Assembly: GCA_030390025.1 (NCBI GenBank)
Contig: CM059432.1
Location: 46,130,001-46,194,000 of the forward strand
Direction of reading: 5' to 3'
DNA length: 64,000 nt
Source of the DNA: Squalus acanthias
Lineage: Eukaryota
Part shown: positions 47,397 to 58,947 of the stretch, piece by piece
Layout: every line of letters begins with the position of its first letter
Position numbering within the stretch: position 1 is the first letter of the stretch
Program-made: the position numbers and the translations under genes
The notes under the pieces: generated by a model
What the model saw: only the letters and a program-made list of their open reading frames with translations
Database searches by the model: none
Told to the model about the DNA's origin: nothing

Positions 47397-49511
47397 GGGC
47401 CAGATTTTGTTGTAGCAGGGCATCTTACTGTTAGTTAGACTTGTCCTTGCACGTTTAGGTTTTTAAATTTTTCACGTCGCATGATGGTGAAGGTGCGAGC
47501 TGATAACTTCGCAATGAGGGAAACAGGGCATCTGCGACCTGAGTGAACAGGACAAGCAACTGTGTATCTTCTTAACCAATCAGATTGAAGGATTGTGAAA
47601 TAAACAACCCAAAGACTGAGAAGGAAGTGAAACTTAGGCCTGAATTTTAATACTTTGGTGGGTTGGAAATTTGTAATCAGTCGAGATACCCGGGAGAATG
47701 GGTTTCCCGCAGACATTGCCGAATTTAACGGCAGGGCCTGATTCGCATTGGAAACCTCTGTTTCCCACCCGCAGCCAGCCAGATTGAGAGGGCCGGAAGC
47801 GCATCAGAGGGCTGGAGCAGCTGATCTGAGGGCCAGAGGAGCAGGGGGAAGGGGTCCAGGAGCACATCGGAGGGCCGGAGGAGCTGATCGGAGGGCCGGT
47901 GTAGCGAGGGGTGGGGGGCCAGGAGCACATCGGAGGGCCGAAGCAGCTGATCGGAGGGCCAGAGGAGCTGATCGGAGGGCCAGTGTAGCGAGGGGTGGGG
48001 GGCCAGGAGCACATCGGAGGGCCGAAGCAGCTGATCGGAGGGCCAGAGGAGCAGGGGGAAGGGGTCCAGGAGCACATCGGAGGGCCGGAGTGGCTGATCG
48101 GAGGGCCGGAGGAGCGGTGGGGGTGGGAGGGGAAGGGGAACACATTGGAGGGCCGGAGTGGCTGATCGGAGGGCCGGAGGAGCTGGGGGGAGGGGTCATG
48201 GAGCACATCAGTGGGCCGAAGCGGCTGATTGGAGGGTCGGGGGGTGGGGGGCTGGAGTTCATCGGGGGACCAGGTGCATCATTGGCGGGCCGGAGGAGCA
48301 CGGGGAGGGATGTCCGGAGCACATCAAGGGGCCGGAGGAGCAAGTGTGGGGAGGTAGATGACATCGGGGGCGGGGCGGAGGCGGGTGCGAAGGAGCCCGG
48401 GGAGTGGCAGACAACATCGGGGGACCAGAGGTGCATGGCGGGGAAGGACTCATGGGAGATCCAGGAGGTAAGTGTACAGACACTTAACTCCTGGATCCAG
48501 CAGTCCTCGCCTTCCATTAGCTGACGGGTTTCACAAGGCCTGCCACTGATAAATTTAAAGTGGTGGTTAATTCTGAGACAGGACAGCCTCATTATAATAT
48601 TGAAATGGGCGACACACCTCCTGGGAGCGGGTTGGCTGCCTGCCCCCCCCCCGTCCCACCTCCGTTAAAACCAGAAGTGGGTGGGTTAGAGATGGGTTCT
48701 GGTCGGGATTCAGATTTTTATTACTTTAACTTCCCACCAATTTTTTTGTGTTAAAGTTCCCTCCCTTAGAGCGGGTGAATTCAATGTCAAATCAGTTAGA
48801 GAAAGAGAAATAAAAAGAGGGAAAGAAAGATTGGATTAAGAGAGGGAAACAAAAGACAGAAAGGAAAAGTAAAAAGAAAATAATGAGTGAATGGCAGGGT
48901 AGATGTGCAAAATGTACAAACATTCTTCCTCAGATACTGCATCCCAAAACTATTTTCTGAAAGAAATCTATCTAATTTGCATTTCTGAGTGTCAAAACAG
49001 GTTTGCATCCTGAAAGTTATTGCCTTCCAACAATAACAGAAGTGTGGATGGTAAGACTGGCACAAAACTACTGCCAAGGAGGAATTTAAAAAAATTAAAA
49101 AGCCTCTCAAGAACAATTCATTGTCTGCTGGAGTGAGACTCCACAGCTCCATTTATTCCATTTCTGGACCTTCAAGGCTGAGTTTCAAGTCAGGACCATA
49201 AGTCACGTCATTAACAGGGTCCTTATGACATGAATTGCCAGCCCTAAATGGCCACAGCGAGATTAAAACGCATTTACAGCGCGAATTCAGCAATTTCTTG
49301 ACATGCAGTGAACTTCAACGGGGAGGCTCAGGGCGAGGTTATAATGTTTTGATTTTTTTCAAGGCTATCGGTGAAGTGGCACAATTTGTCCAGAATTTGT
49401 GGAGAATCGGAAGTCATGGCATAGCTCTTCACCACAAATTGCTGCATTTTTTGAGAACTAATAATGACGGGCGCAGTTAATCGACATTATTTTTCCAGCA
49501 ATTTCTGGGCC
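47397..49511. mobile_element. Old Harbinger-type non-autonomous element containing a second, minisatellite-bearing element (about 47637-48750)
   Basis: GGGCCAGATTTTGTTG ... CAGCAATTTCTGGGCC; inner start TTA|GGCCTGAATTTT. Confidence 0.55.
47790..48440. repeat. G-rich compound minisatellite (ATCGGAGGGCCGGAGGAGC(TG) core alternating with G-run units)
   Basis: More than 15 copies of the core, with higher-order units; decays toward the right. Confidence 0.9.
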
Positions 49512-51130
49512 AAGGTTTTAAACCGATACAGTTACATGTGCTGGGCTCATCTGCGAATGTTATACAACCTTTAACAGGAATTGTTCTTACCAATGGCTGT
49601 TGTGGGTACGATACAAAAGACACAAAAAGAGACATTGCAAAAGTCAGTCTGCTCAAATAAAGTTCTACATTTTGTAGTTATAGAAATATACTATTCTCTG
49701 TAATTTTAAGACAGGTTCCAGTATCATGAGTCATTCCTGGTTCTCAGAACAAGGCAAATGAAATTAGATCAATATTAATATATCCGAACAGCACAGCTCA
49801 GAGTCTGACAACTGTTTTACAATTCATTACAATTTTATGACTTTGTTAAATGTCAAGGTATCCTCTGTAAAAGTATTTATCAAGGAAATTGCAAAGTCTG
49901 TCAGAGAAAAACCATTGTATTATAATTCACTAACAAAGGGTGAATAATTTGCTAAAATGTTGACATCTAGTTCTTTGACAGATGGAAAATATCATTGCAA
50001 GTACCATTATGTTGAAATTTAATTACATAATCAAAATATTTTTGTGCATGTCAGCTAACTATATGGTATTGTTCATCATTTTAAATAATTTAATATAAAG
50101 TCACTTGGAGCGAACAAAACAATACACAGTACTCCAAGCAAATAAAACATTTGAATTGTTCAACCAGTCGCATAATTCAAATAATCTGGTTGCTCTGCTG
50201 AAGGAGAATTCATATACAACTCTTTGTCAACATTATTGTCATCTGAGTAAATATTAATGTACCTGAACAGGTTGAGTTGACTCTATCCTGCAATATTAAA
50301 GTTAGCCATAGAAAGATTTCTATATAGAAAGGGATAGCAGCACATTCTTAAGGTACAATAGATGAACTGAGGTAATTAAAAAAAAACCTTATGTTGCTAT
50401 AGTACTATATTCACAAGTTGGCTAGGGAAAAGGAAGAGGAAAATGGTGAATAACAGATAGCACAAATGGGGTGATAATGAATCAACAGCCCGTTTTATAC
50501 CCCACCTTACTTTCTTTTACATTGACTACCACCGAAGACCAATTTCACGCCCTCTGCATCCAAATCTGCATCTTGGCTGTTTTACTGTATCTACCTGTAT
50601 CAATCCAAGGGTTTGTGCAACAGGATAACAACATAACAACATAAGAAATAGGAGCAGGAGTAGGCCAAATGGCCCCTCGAGCTGCTCTGCCATTCAATAA
50701 GATTATGGCTGCTCTTCAAACACAACTCCACTTTCCCACCCGATCCCCATTTCCCTTGATTACCCATGAGTCCAAAAATCTATCTATTCAGCCTTGAATA
50801 TACTCAAAGATTCAGCATCCACAGCCCTCTGGGGCACAGAATTCCAAAGATTTGCAACTCTCTGAGTGAATAAATTCCTCCTCATCTCAGTCTTAAATGG
50901 CCGACTCCTTATCCTGAGACTTTGCCCTTTAGTTCTAGATTCTCCAGCCAGGGGACAACAATCTCTCAGCATCTACCCTGTCAATCCCCCTCAGAATCTT
51001 ATAGGTTTCAATGAGATCATCTCTCATTCTTCTAAGCTGACAGTATAGACCCAATCTACTTAATCCCTCCTCATAGGACAACCCTCTCATCCCAGGAATC
51101 AATCTAGTGAACCTTTGTTGCACCGGCTCT

Positions 51131-51443
51131 AAGGGGAAGAACATAACTAGGGGCCATCAATATAAGATAGTCACCAAGAAATCAAACAGGGAATTCAGAA
51201 GAAACATCTTTACCCAAAGAGTGGTGAGAATGTGGAACTCGTTACCACAGGGTGAAGTGAATAGTATAGATACATTTAAGGGGAGGCTAGACAAGCATCT
51301 GAGGGAGAAGGGAATAGTGGGTTATGCTGTTAGAGTTAGATGAGGAAAGATGGGAGGAGGCTCGAGTGGAGCATTAACGCCGGCATGGACTGGTTGGGCC
51401 GATGGCCTGTTTCTGTGTCATATATCCTATGTAATCCTATATA
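51131..51443 (+). mobile_element. 3' end of another CR1 subfamily
   Basis: TRGHQYKI...FTQRVVRMWNSLP; tail TATCCTATGTAATCCTAT. Confidence 0.8.
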
Positions 51444-51607
51444 ATAAGGAGACCAAAACTGTGCACAGTACTCCAGGTATGCTCTTACTAAAGCTCTGTA
51501 CAATTGTAGCAAGACTTCCTTACCCTTATACTCCAACCCCCTTGCAATAAAGGCTAACATGCCATTTGCCTTCCTAATTGCTTGCTGTACCTGTATGCTA
51601 ACTCTCT

Positions 51608-52257
51608 GGGCTGGATTTTGAATGCCCTGTGGAGTCGGGTTTGGAGGCGTGTGGGGGATTAAAGTAGCGGGGTCTGGGGTCCCAACCCCATCCCGACTCC
51701 ATCCCGCCTCCACGCAATTTTGACAAAATCGGTCACGGGGTTCCCGACTCCGTCCCGCCTCCAAGAGGCGGGAGAGGCCATTAAAGCCCTTAACAAGCCA
51801 TAAATTGGCTCTGTAATGCTATTTTGAAACGTTTTAGCTAGTTTAACCCTTTTCCGACATGAAGTACGCCTGATGTGAAACACTCCAGTGAAACCTGGCG
51901 GTAGCACAAGTGGATAGTAAGGTAGCAGTATTAAGTCTGAAAGTCGCCTCTGATGCTGCTGCATTGAATGTCTTCAGAGACTGCCTGGCCTTGAGATAGA
52001 TATATATATATATCTCCAGGTCCACTCACAGCAAAGGCCAGGCAATCTCTGAGACCAGCCAGCCTGCAATGATGACATCATCAGAGGCGACTTTCCCACT
52101 GAAACCACTAATTGGTTCATAGGTTCCCACATGCTGGAACTCAATTGCCCAATTAAGTGAAAATTGCATCATTCATCCACATTAATCTGGAGTCGGGGGG
52201 ACAACACGAAATGCGGATAACGCGACCCCAACCCGGCCCCAAGACAAAATCCAGCCC
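51608..52257 (-). mobile_element. Harbinger-type MITE, family C
   Basis: Perfect TIR GGGCTGGATTTTG/CAAAATCCAGCCC; flanks are TCT and AGA. Confidence 0.88.
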
Positions 52258-53616
52258 AGAGTGTTTCCTGTACGAGGACACCTAAATCTCTCTGAACACC
52301 AACATTTAATAGTTTCTCACCGTTTGAAAAAATTCTGTTTTTCTATTCTTCCTACCAAAGTGAATAACCTCACATTTTCCCACATTATACTCCATCTGCC
52401 ACCTTATTGCCCACTCACGTAGCCAGTCTACATCCCTTTGCAGGCTCTTTGTGTCCTTCTCACCGCTTACTTTACCACCTAGCATTGTATTGTCAGCAAA
52501 CTTGGATACATTGCACTTGGTTCCTTCATCTAAGTTATCAATATATATTGTAAATAGCTGAGGCCCAAGCACTGATCCTTTCGGCACTCCACTAGTTACA
52601 GCCTGCCAACCTGAAAATGACCCCCTTTTTTCCTACTCTCTATTTTCTGTCTGTTAACCAATCCTCTATCCAGTCTAATATATTACCCCCAACCCCATGA
52701 ACCCTTATCTTGCATAACAACCTTTTATGTGGCACCTTATCAAATGCCTTTTGGAAATCCAAATATACTACATCCACTGGTTCCCCTTTATCTACCCTGC
52801 TAGTTACATCCTCAAAACACTCTAATAATTTTGTCAAACACGATTTCCCTTTCATAAAACCATGTTGACTCTGTCTAATCATATTATGATTTGCTAACAT
52901 ATAAAATAAGAGCAAGAGTAAGACATACGGCCCCTCGAGCCTGCTCCGCCATTCAATAAGATCATGGCTGATCATCGACCTCAACTCCACTTCTCCGCCT
53001 GATCTCCATATACCTAGAGTCCAAAAATCTATCTATCTCAGCCGTTAATAAACACAAAGACTCAGCAGTCACAGGCCTCTGGGGCAGATAATTCCAAAGA
53101 TTCACATCCCTCTGAGGGAAGAAATTCCTCCCCATCTCAGTCCTAGATGGCCTACCCCTTATCCTGAGACTATGCCCCCTAGTTCTAGACTCCCCAGCAA
53201 GGGGAAAGAACCTCTCAGGATCTACCCTACAAACATTCATTAGCTCGTCAATCCAAACTAACTGGGCCCTCAATCTGACCGCATTTCCCCAAACTAGGGA
53301 AAATAGGAAAAACAAATCGGGCCCTGGTCTGAGTGCACAACTGTCTCCCCCTCTCTTTCTCTCTCTGTCACCGACACGCTCTCACTCTCTTTTCTTGAGA
53401 TCAATGAAGATGGAGGGCTCAGCTAACAGTTGGTGGAGCCTCAGGCTTTAGCTTTGTCCAGAAGTTATGAGGTTCTTGCTGCCTGTGTGGATGAGGGAAA
53501 AGCCTGCAGGATGGATGAGCAGGTTGAACCAAGGCACCATGGTGCAGGAGGCTAACAGAGGCCTTTATAATGATGAAGGGGATTGATAGGGTATATCTCG
53601 AGATGATGTTTACAAT

Positions 53617-54581
53617 TCATAGAAGATAGGAGCAGGAGTAGGCCATTCGGCCCCTCTAGCCTGCTCCGCCATTCAATGCGATCATGGCTGATCATCCAAA
53701 TTCAGTACCCTGTCCGTGCTTTCTCCCCATATCCCTTGATCCTTTTAGCCTTAAGAAATATATCCAACTCCTTCTTGAATCTATTTAATGAATTGGCCTC
53801 TCTTGCCTTCTGTGGCAGAGAATTCCACAGGTTCACCACTCTCTGGGTGAAGAAATTCCTCCTCATTTCTGTCCTAAATGGATTACCCCTTATCCTTAGA
53901 CTGTAACCCCTGGTTCTGGACTCCCCGACCATCAGGAACATCCTTCCTGCATCTAGTTTGTCCTGTCCTGTCAGAATTTTATAAGTTTCAATGAGATCCC
54001 CTCTCATTCTTCTAAACTCCAGCGAGTATAAGCCCAATCGACCCAATCTCTCTTCATACATCATTCCTGCCATCCCAGGTATCAGCCTTGTGAATCTTCG
54101 CTGAACTCCTTCCATGGCAAGAACATCCTTCCTCAGATAAGGCGACCAAAACTGCACACAGTACACAAGGTGTGGTATCACCAAGGCCCTGTACAACTGC
54201 AGCAAGACATCCTTGTTCCTGTACTCAAACCCTCTCGCTATGAAGGCCAACATACCATTTGCCTTCTTAACCGCCTGCTGCACCTGCATGCTTACCTTCA
54301 GCGACTGGTGCACAAGGACACCCAGGTCTCGTTGCACTTCCCCTTCTCCCAATCTATTGCCTTTCAGATAATAATCTGCCTTTCTGTTTTTGACACCAAA
54401 GTGGATAACCTCGCATTTATCCACGTTATATTGCATCTGCCACGCTTCTGCCCAATCACCCAACCTGTCCAAATCATCCTGGAGTTTCTCGGCATCCTCC
54501 TCGCAGCACACACGCCCACCCAGTTTTGTGTCGTCTGCAAACTTGGAGATATTACATCTAGTTCCCTTGTCTAGATCATTA
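53617..54581 (-). mobile_element. Young CR1 3' fragment with an open 269-aa frame; same subfamily as 22756-25828
   Basis: Shares GQDKLDAG and NRFKKELDIFLKAK with the 953-aa ORF. Confidence 0.92.
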
Positions 54582-55166
54582 AGTGTCCTGTTACCACTTC
54601 CTTAATAATGGATTCCAGCATTTTCCCGATGACTGATGTCAAGCTAACTGGCCTGTAGTTCTCTGTTTTCTCTCTCCCTCCTTTCTTGAATAGTGGGGTT
54701 ATATTTTTTACCTTCCAATCCGCTGGAACTGTTCTAGAATCTAGGGAATTTTGGAAGATCACAAACAATGCATCCACTATCTCTGCAGTCACCTCTTTTA
54801 GAACCCTAGGATGTAGGCCATCAGGTCCAGGAGATTTATTAGCTTTTAGTTCCTTAGTTTCTCATGTACTTTTTCTCTACTAATCTTAATTACTTAAAGT
54901 TCCTCAATCTCATTAGCCCTTAGTTCCCCACTATTTTTGGTATGTTTTTAGTGTCTTCTGCTGTGAAGACAGAGACAAAGGCTGGAATTTTCCAGGGCCC
55001 GTGTGGGCACGATCGGAGGAGGGTCGGGTGGGGAAGTTGAAATTTCTTGCAGCAGGTCGGGAACCCGCCGTCATCCCGCCCCCATGCGCCTTTCCCTCAG
55101 GCGCGTCTGTCAACACAGCAGCGACCCGACCAGCAGGGGTGGGCGACCCAATTAAAGGATTATTAG

Positions 55167-55469
55167 AAATAACAACAGAAAACGCTGGAAAAACTCAGCA
55201 GGCCAGGCAGCATCCGTGGAGAGAGAAAGAGAGTTGACGTTTCAGATCGATGACCTTTCATCAGAACTGGGAAGAGCCGGAAATCAAATAGATTTAAGGC
55301 CAGGGTAAAGCTGGGAAAAGGGGGAGGGGATAAAGGAACAAAGGAGGAGATGAAGAGACATTAAGAGACATTAAGAGATATGCAAGGCTAGAGGTGATGT
55401 TAATGTGACAGATTAAGGCTGAATGAAGTGTGAAATCCACTGGCAGAATGAAGGACAGCTGCCAGCTTC
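55167..55469 (-). mobile_element. 303-bp non-coding Penelope-derived insertion with a hammerhead, inside a truncated MITE-like element (about 54980-55868)
   Basis: Perfect 12-bp TSD AAGGATTATTAG (55155-55166, 55470-55481); GATGCTGCCTGGCCTGCTGAG motif. Confidence 0.82.
55232..55268 (-). ncRNA. Minimal type I hammerhead ribozyme core with a GUC cleavage triplet
   Basis: AGUU-CUGAUGA-A-AGGUC-AUC-GAUCU-GAAA-C-GUC-AACU: stem I AGUU/AACU, stem II AGGUC/GAUCU, palindromic ACGU stem III. Confidence 0.8.
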
Positions 55470-56039
55470 AAGGATTATTAGCTTGTTCTCAGACCCTTAA
55501 GAGTCTTTTTAACCTCACCTTTGCAATTTCACTGGATGCCCACGGGACACACGCTGCTTGGGGGCCATGTCTGTCAACCTGAGGTGGGAGTTGAGTGACC
55601 ATTGATCCAGCTGATTAGTTGACAGCATCAAATGTAATATAAAAGCTCCCACCTGATAGCTGATCACTTTCTTCAGACAGAAGCTGTTGCTGACTTTCCA
55701 GCAAAGTCTCTATTAGGTGTCACCTCATTGGAAGAACCTCTCTCACCATTGATAGATTGCCGCAGTACTGCAGGCCTTCCTCCCCTTATTAAAGGGGATG
55801 TGCCTAGCGCAGTGCAACCCAGGGCCCAGATGGGACACTAGGGATCGGAGTGCCGGCAAAAGAGCACAAGTTCATTGAGAATTTTGGAATATTTCTTTTA
55901 ATATTTGCCACTGTTTATATACCGTAATACCTTTTAATCTAATTTTCCAATCTACCTTAGCTAACTCACCCCTCATACTTATGTAATTGGCTTTATTATA
56001 TTTAAGACTAGTTTCGAACTTAGGTATGTCACTCAATGT

Positions 56040-56312
56040 GAAAGAAAGAAAGACTTGCATTTATATAGCGTCTTTCACGACCACCGGACGTCTCAAAGCA
56101 CTTTACAGCCAATAAAGTATTTTTGAAGTGTAGTCTCTGTTCTAATGTGGGAAACATGGCAGCCAATTTGCGCACAGAAAGGTCCCACAAACAGCAATGT
56201 GATAATGACCAGATAATCTGTTTTTGTTATGTTGATTGAGGGTTAAATATCGGCCAGGACACTGGGGATAACTCCCCTGCTCTTCTTCGAAATGGTGCCA
56301 TGGGATCTTTTA
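56040..56312 (-). mobile_element. Deu-SINE 3' half, split by the CR1 at 56313-58952 (remainder TTTATGTCCACCT at about 58953-58965)
   Basis: Matches 29455-29735. Confidence 0.85.
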
Positions 56313-56547
56313 AGAACATAAGAACATAAGAAATAGGAGCAGGAGTAGGCCAATCGGCCCCTCGAGCCTGCTCCGCCATTCAATAAGATCATGGCTGATC
56401 TGATCCTAACCGCCAATCTACTATCTATCACAGAACCATCTCCTGCATCTAACAGAATTGCACACACGAAATAGGAGCAGAATCAGGCTACACAGTCCCT
56501 GGGCCCGCTCCACTACCCACAGGGCCATGACCGATCCGAACCTAGAC

Positions 56548-58947
56548 TCATGTCCAAATTCCTGCCCGCTCCCCGTAACCCTTAATGCCCTTTACTTCTA
56601 GGAAACTGTCTATTTCTGTTTTAAATTTAATTAATGTTGTAGCTTCTACAGCTTTTTGTGGCAGCATATTCCATGGACCTACCACCCTCTGAGTGAAGTA
56701 GTTCCTCCTCATCTCAGTTTTGAAAGAGCAGCCCCTTATTCTAAGACTATGTCCCCTAGTTCTCGTCTCACCCGTCATCGGGAACATCCTCCCCGCATCC
56801 ACCCGATCCAACCCCTTCACAATCTTATATGTTTCAATAAGATCGCCTCTCATTCTTCTGAACTCCAATGAGTAGAGTCCCAATCTACCCAACCTCTCCT
56901 CATATGACCACCCCCTCATCCCCGGGATTAACCGAGTGAACCTTTTTTGCACTGCCTCGAGAGCAAGGATGTCTTTCCTTAAGTAAGGACACCAAAACTG
57001 TATGCAGTATTCCAGGTGCGGTCTCACCAATACCTTGTACAACTGAAGCAATACCTCCCTATTTTTATATTCTATCCCCCTAGCAATGAAAGCCAACATT
57101 CCATTTGCCTTCTTAATCACTTGCTGCACCTGCATACTAACCTTTTGAGTTTCGTGCACCAGGACCCCCAGATCCCTTTGCACTTCAGTACTCTCCAGTT
57201 TCTTGCCATTAAGATAATAAATTGCTCTAGGATTTTTCCTGCCAAAGTGCATCACCTCACACTTTCCAGTGTTGTATTCCATCTGCCAAATCTCTGCCCA
57301 CTTACTTAGCCTGTCTATGTCCCCTTGCAGGTTTTTTATGTCCTCCTCACTCACTACTTTCCCTCCCATCTTTGTATCATCTGCAAATTTTGATATGTTA
57401 CACTTGGTCCCTTCCTCCAAATCGTTAATATAGATTGTGAAGAGTTGGGGACCCAGCACTGACCCCTGTGGAACACCACTAGTTACTGATTGCCAGTCTG
57501 AGAATGAACCATTTATCCCAACTCTTTGCTTTCTGTTAGATAGCCAATCCTCTATCCATGCCAGAATATTACCCCCAATCCCGTGATTTTTTACCTTAAG
57601 CAATAATCTTTTGTGTGGCACCTTGTCAAATGCCTTTTGGAAGTCTAAATACACTACGTCCACTGGTTCCCCTTTATCCACTCTATATGTTACTTCCTCA
57701 AAGAACTCCAGCAAATTTGTCAAACATGACTTCCCCTTCGTAAAACCATGCTGACTTTGTCCTATTAAATTATGATTATCCAAATGTCCTGTTACTGTTT
57801 CCTTAATAATGGACTCCAAAATTTTACCTACCACAGATGTTAGGCTAACCGGTCTATAGTTACCAGCCTTCTGTCTACTGCCCTTTTTAAATAAGGGTGT
57901 TACATTAGCAGTTTTCCAGTCTGCCGGGACCTTAGCGGAATCCAGGGAGTTTTGAAAAATTATTACCAATGCATCTACAATCCCTACCGCCACTTCCTTC
58001 AAGACTCTAGGATGTAAGCCATCAGGTCCAGGTGATTTATCCGCCTTGAGTCCCATTATTTTACCGAGTACCACTTCCTTAGTGATTTTGATCGTGTTTA
58101 GCTCCTCTCCCCCTATAGCCCCCTGTTTGTCCAGTGTTGGGATATTCTTAGTGTCCTCTACTGTAAAGACTGATACAAAATATTCATTCAGTGTTTTTGC
58201 CATCTCCATATTTCCCACCATTAATTTCCCGGTCTCATCCTCTAAGGGACCAACATTTACTTTAGCCACCCTTTTTCTTTTTATATAACTATAAAAACTC
58301 TTACTATCTGTTTTTATATTTTTTGCTAATTTACTTTCATAATCTATCTTCCCTTTCTTAATCAATCTTTTTGTTATTTTTTGCTGCCTTTTAAAGTTTT
58401 CCCAATCCTCTGTCCTCCCACTAGATTTCGCTACCTTATATGCCCTTGTTTTTAGTCGAATACTATCCTTAATTTCTTTACTTAGCCACGGATGACTGTC
58501 CTTTCTTTTACACCCTTTTCTTTTCAGTGGAATATATTTTTTTTGGAAGTTGTAAAATAACTCCTTGAATGTACACCACTGATCATGTGTCGTCTTACCC
58601 TTTAATCTATTTTCCCAATCCACTCTACTCAATTCCGCTCGCATACCTTCATAGTCTCCTTTATTCAAGCTTAGCACGCTTGTTTGAGATCCAACCTTCT
58701 CACCCTCTAATTGAATATGGAATTCAACCATGTTATGGTCACTCATTCCAAGGGGATCCTTTACTAGGACATTTTTAATTAATCCTGTCTCGTTACACAG
58801 GACCAGATCTAAGGTTGCTTGCCCCCTGGTCGGTTCAGTTACATACTGCTCAAGAAACCCATCCCTAATACACTCAATGAACTCATCCTCAAGGCAGCCC
58901 TGCCCCATTTGATTTGTCCAATTAATATGATAGTTAAAATCCCCCAT
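56548..58947 (-). CDS. CR1 ORF2, 5'-truncated within the endonuclease, otherwise uninterrupted (799 aa); element spans about 56313-58952
   Basis: Starts at [32 protein letters not shown] and LVRPHLEY all in one frame. Confidence 0.92.
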   Translation of the reverse strand: MGDFNYHINWTNQMGQGCLEDEFIECIRDGFLEQYVTEPTRGQATLDLVLCNETGLIKNVLVKDPLGMSDHNMVEFHIQLEGEKVGSQTSVLSLNKGDYEGMRAELSRVDWENRLKGKTTHDQWCTFKELFYNFQKKYIPLKRKGCKRKDSHPWLSKEIKDSIRLKTRAYKVAKSSGRTEDWENFKRQQKITKRLIKKGKIDYESKLAKNIKTDSKSFYSYIKRKRVAKVNVGPLEDETGKLMVGNMEMAKTLNEYFVSVFTVEDTKNIPTLDKQGAIGGEELNTIKITKEVVLGKIMGLKADKSPGPDGLHPRVLKEVAVGIVDALVIIFQNSLDSAKVPADWKTANVTPLFKKGSRQKAGNYRPVSLTSVVGKILESIIKETVTGHLDNHNLIGQSQHGFTKGKSCLTNLLEFFEEVTYRVDKGEPVDVVYLDFQKAFDKVPHKRLLLKVKNHGIGGNILAWIEDWLSNRKQRVGINGSFSDWQSVTSGVPQGSVLGPQLFTIYINDLEEGTKCNISKFADDTKMGGKVVSEEDIKNLQGDIDRLSKWAEIWQMEYNTGKCEVMHFGRKNPRAIYYLNGKKLESTEVQRDLGVLVHETQKVSMQVQQVIKKANGMLAFIARGIEYKNREVLLQLYKVLVRPHLEYCIQFWCPYLRKDILALEAVQKRFTRLIPGMRGWSYEERLGRLGLYSLEFRRMRGDLIETYKIVKGLDRVDAGRMFPMTGETRTRGHSLRIRGCSFKTEMRRNYFTQRVVGPWNMLPQKAVEATTLIKFKTEIDSFLEVKGIKGYGERAGIWT

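Noticed and set aside
47634..48592. Long overlapping ORFs (190-262 aa) rich in Pro/Ala/Arg/Gly
   Set aside because: They arise from a GC-rich tandem repeat lacking stop codons; no domain is recognisable.
50159..50262. Minus-strand frame YINIYSDDNNVDKELYMNSPSAEQPDYLNYATG resembling a Tyr-motif receptor tail exon
   Set aside because: Short, with weak splice signals, no partner exons and no recognisable homology; tBLASTn or RNA-seq would be needed.
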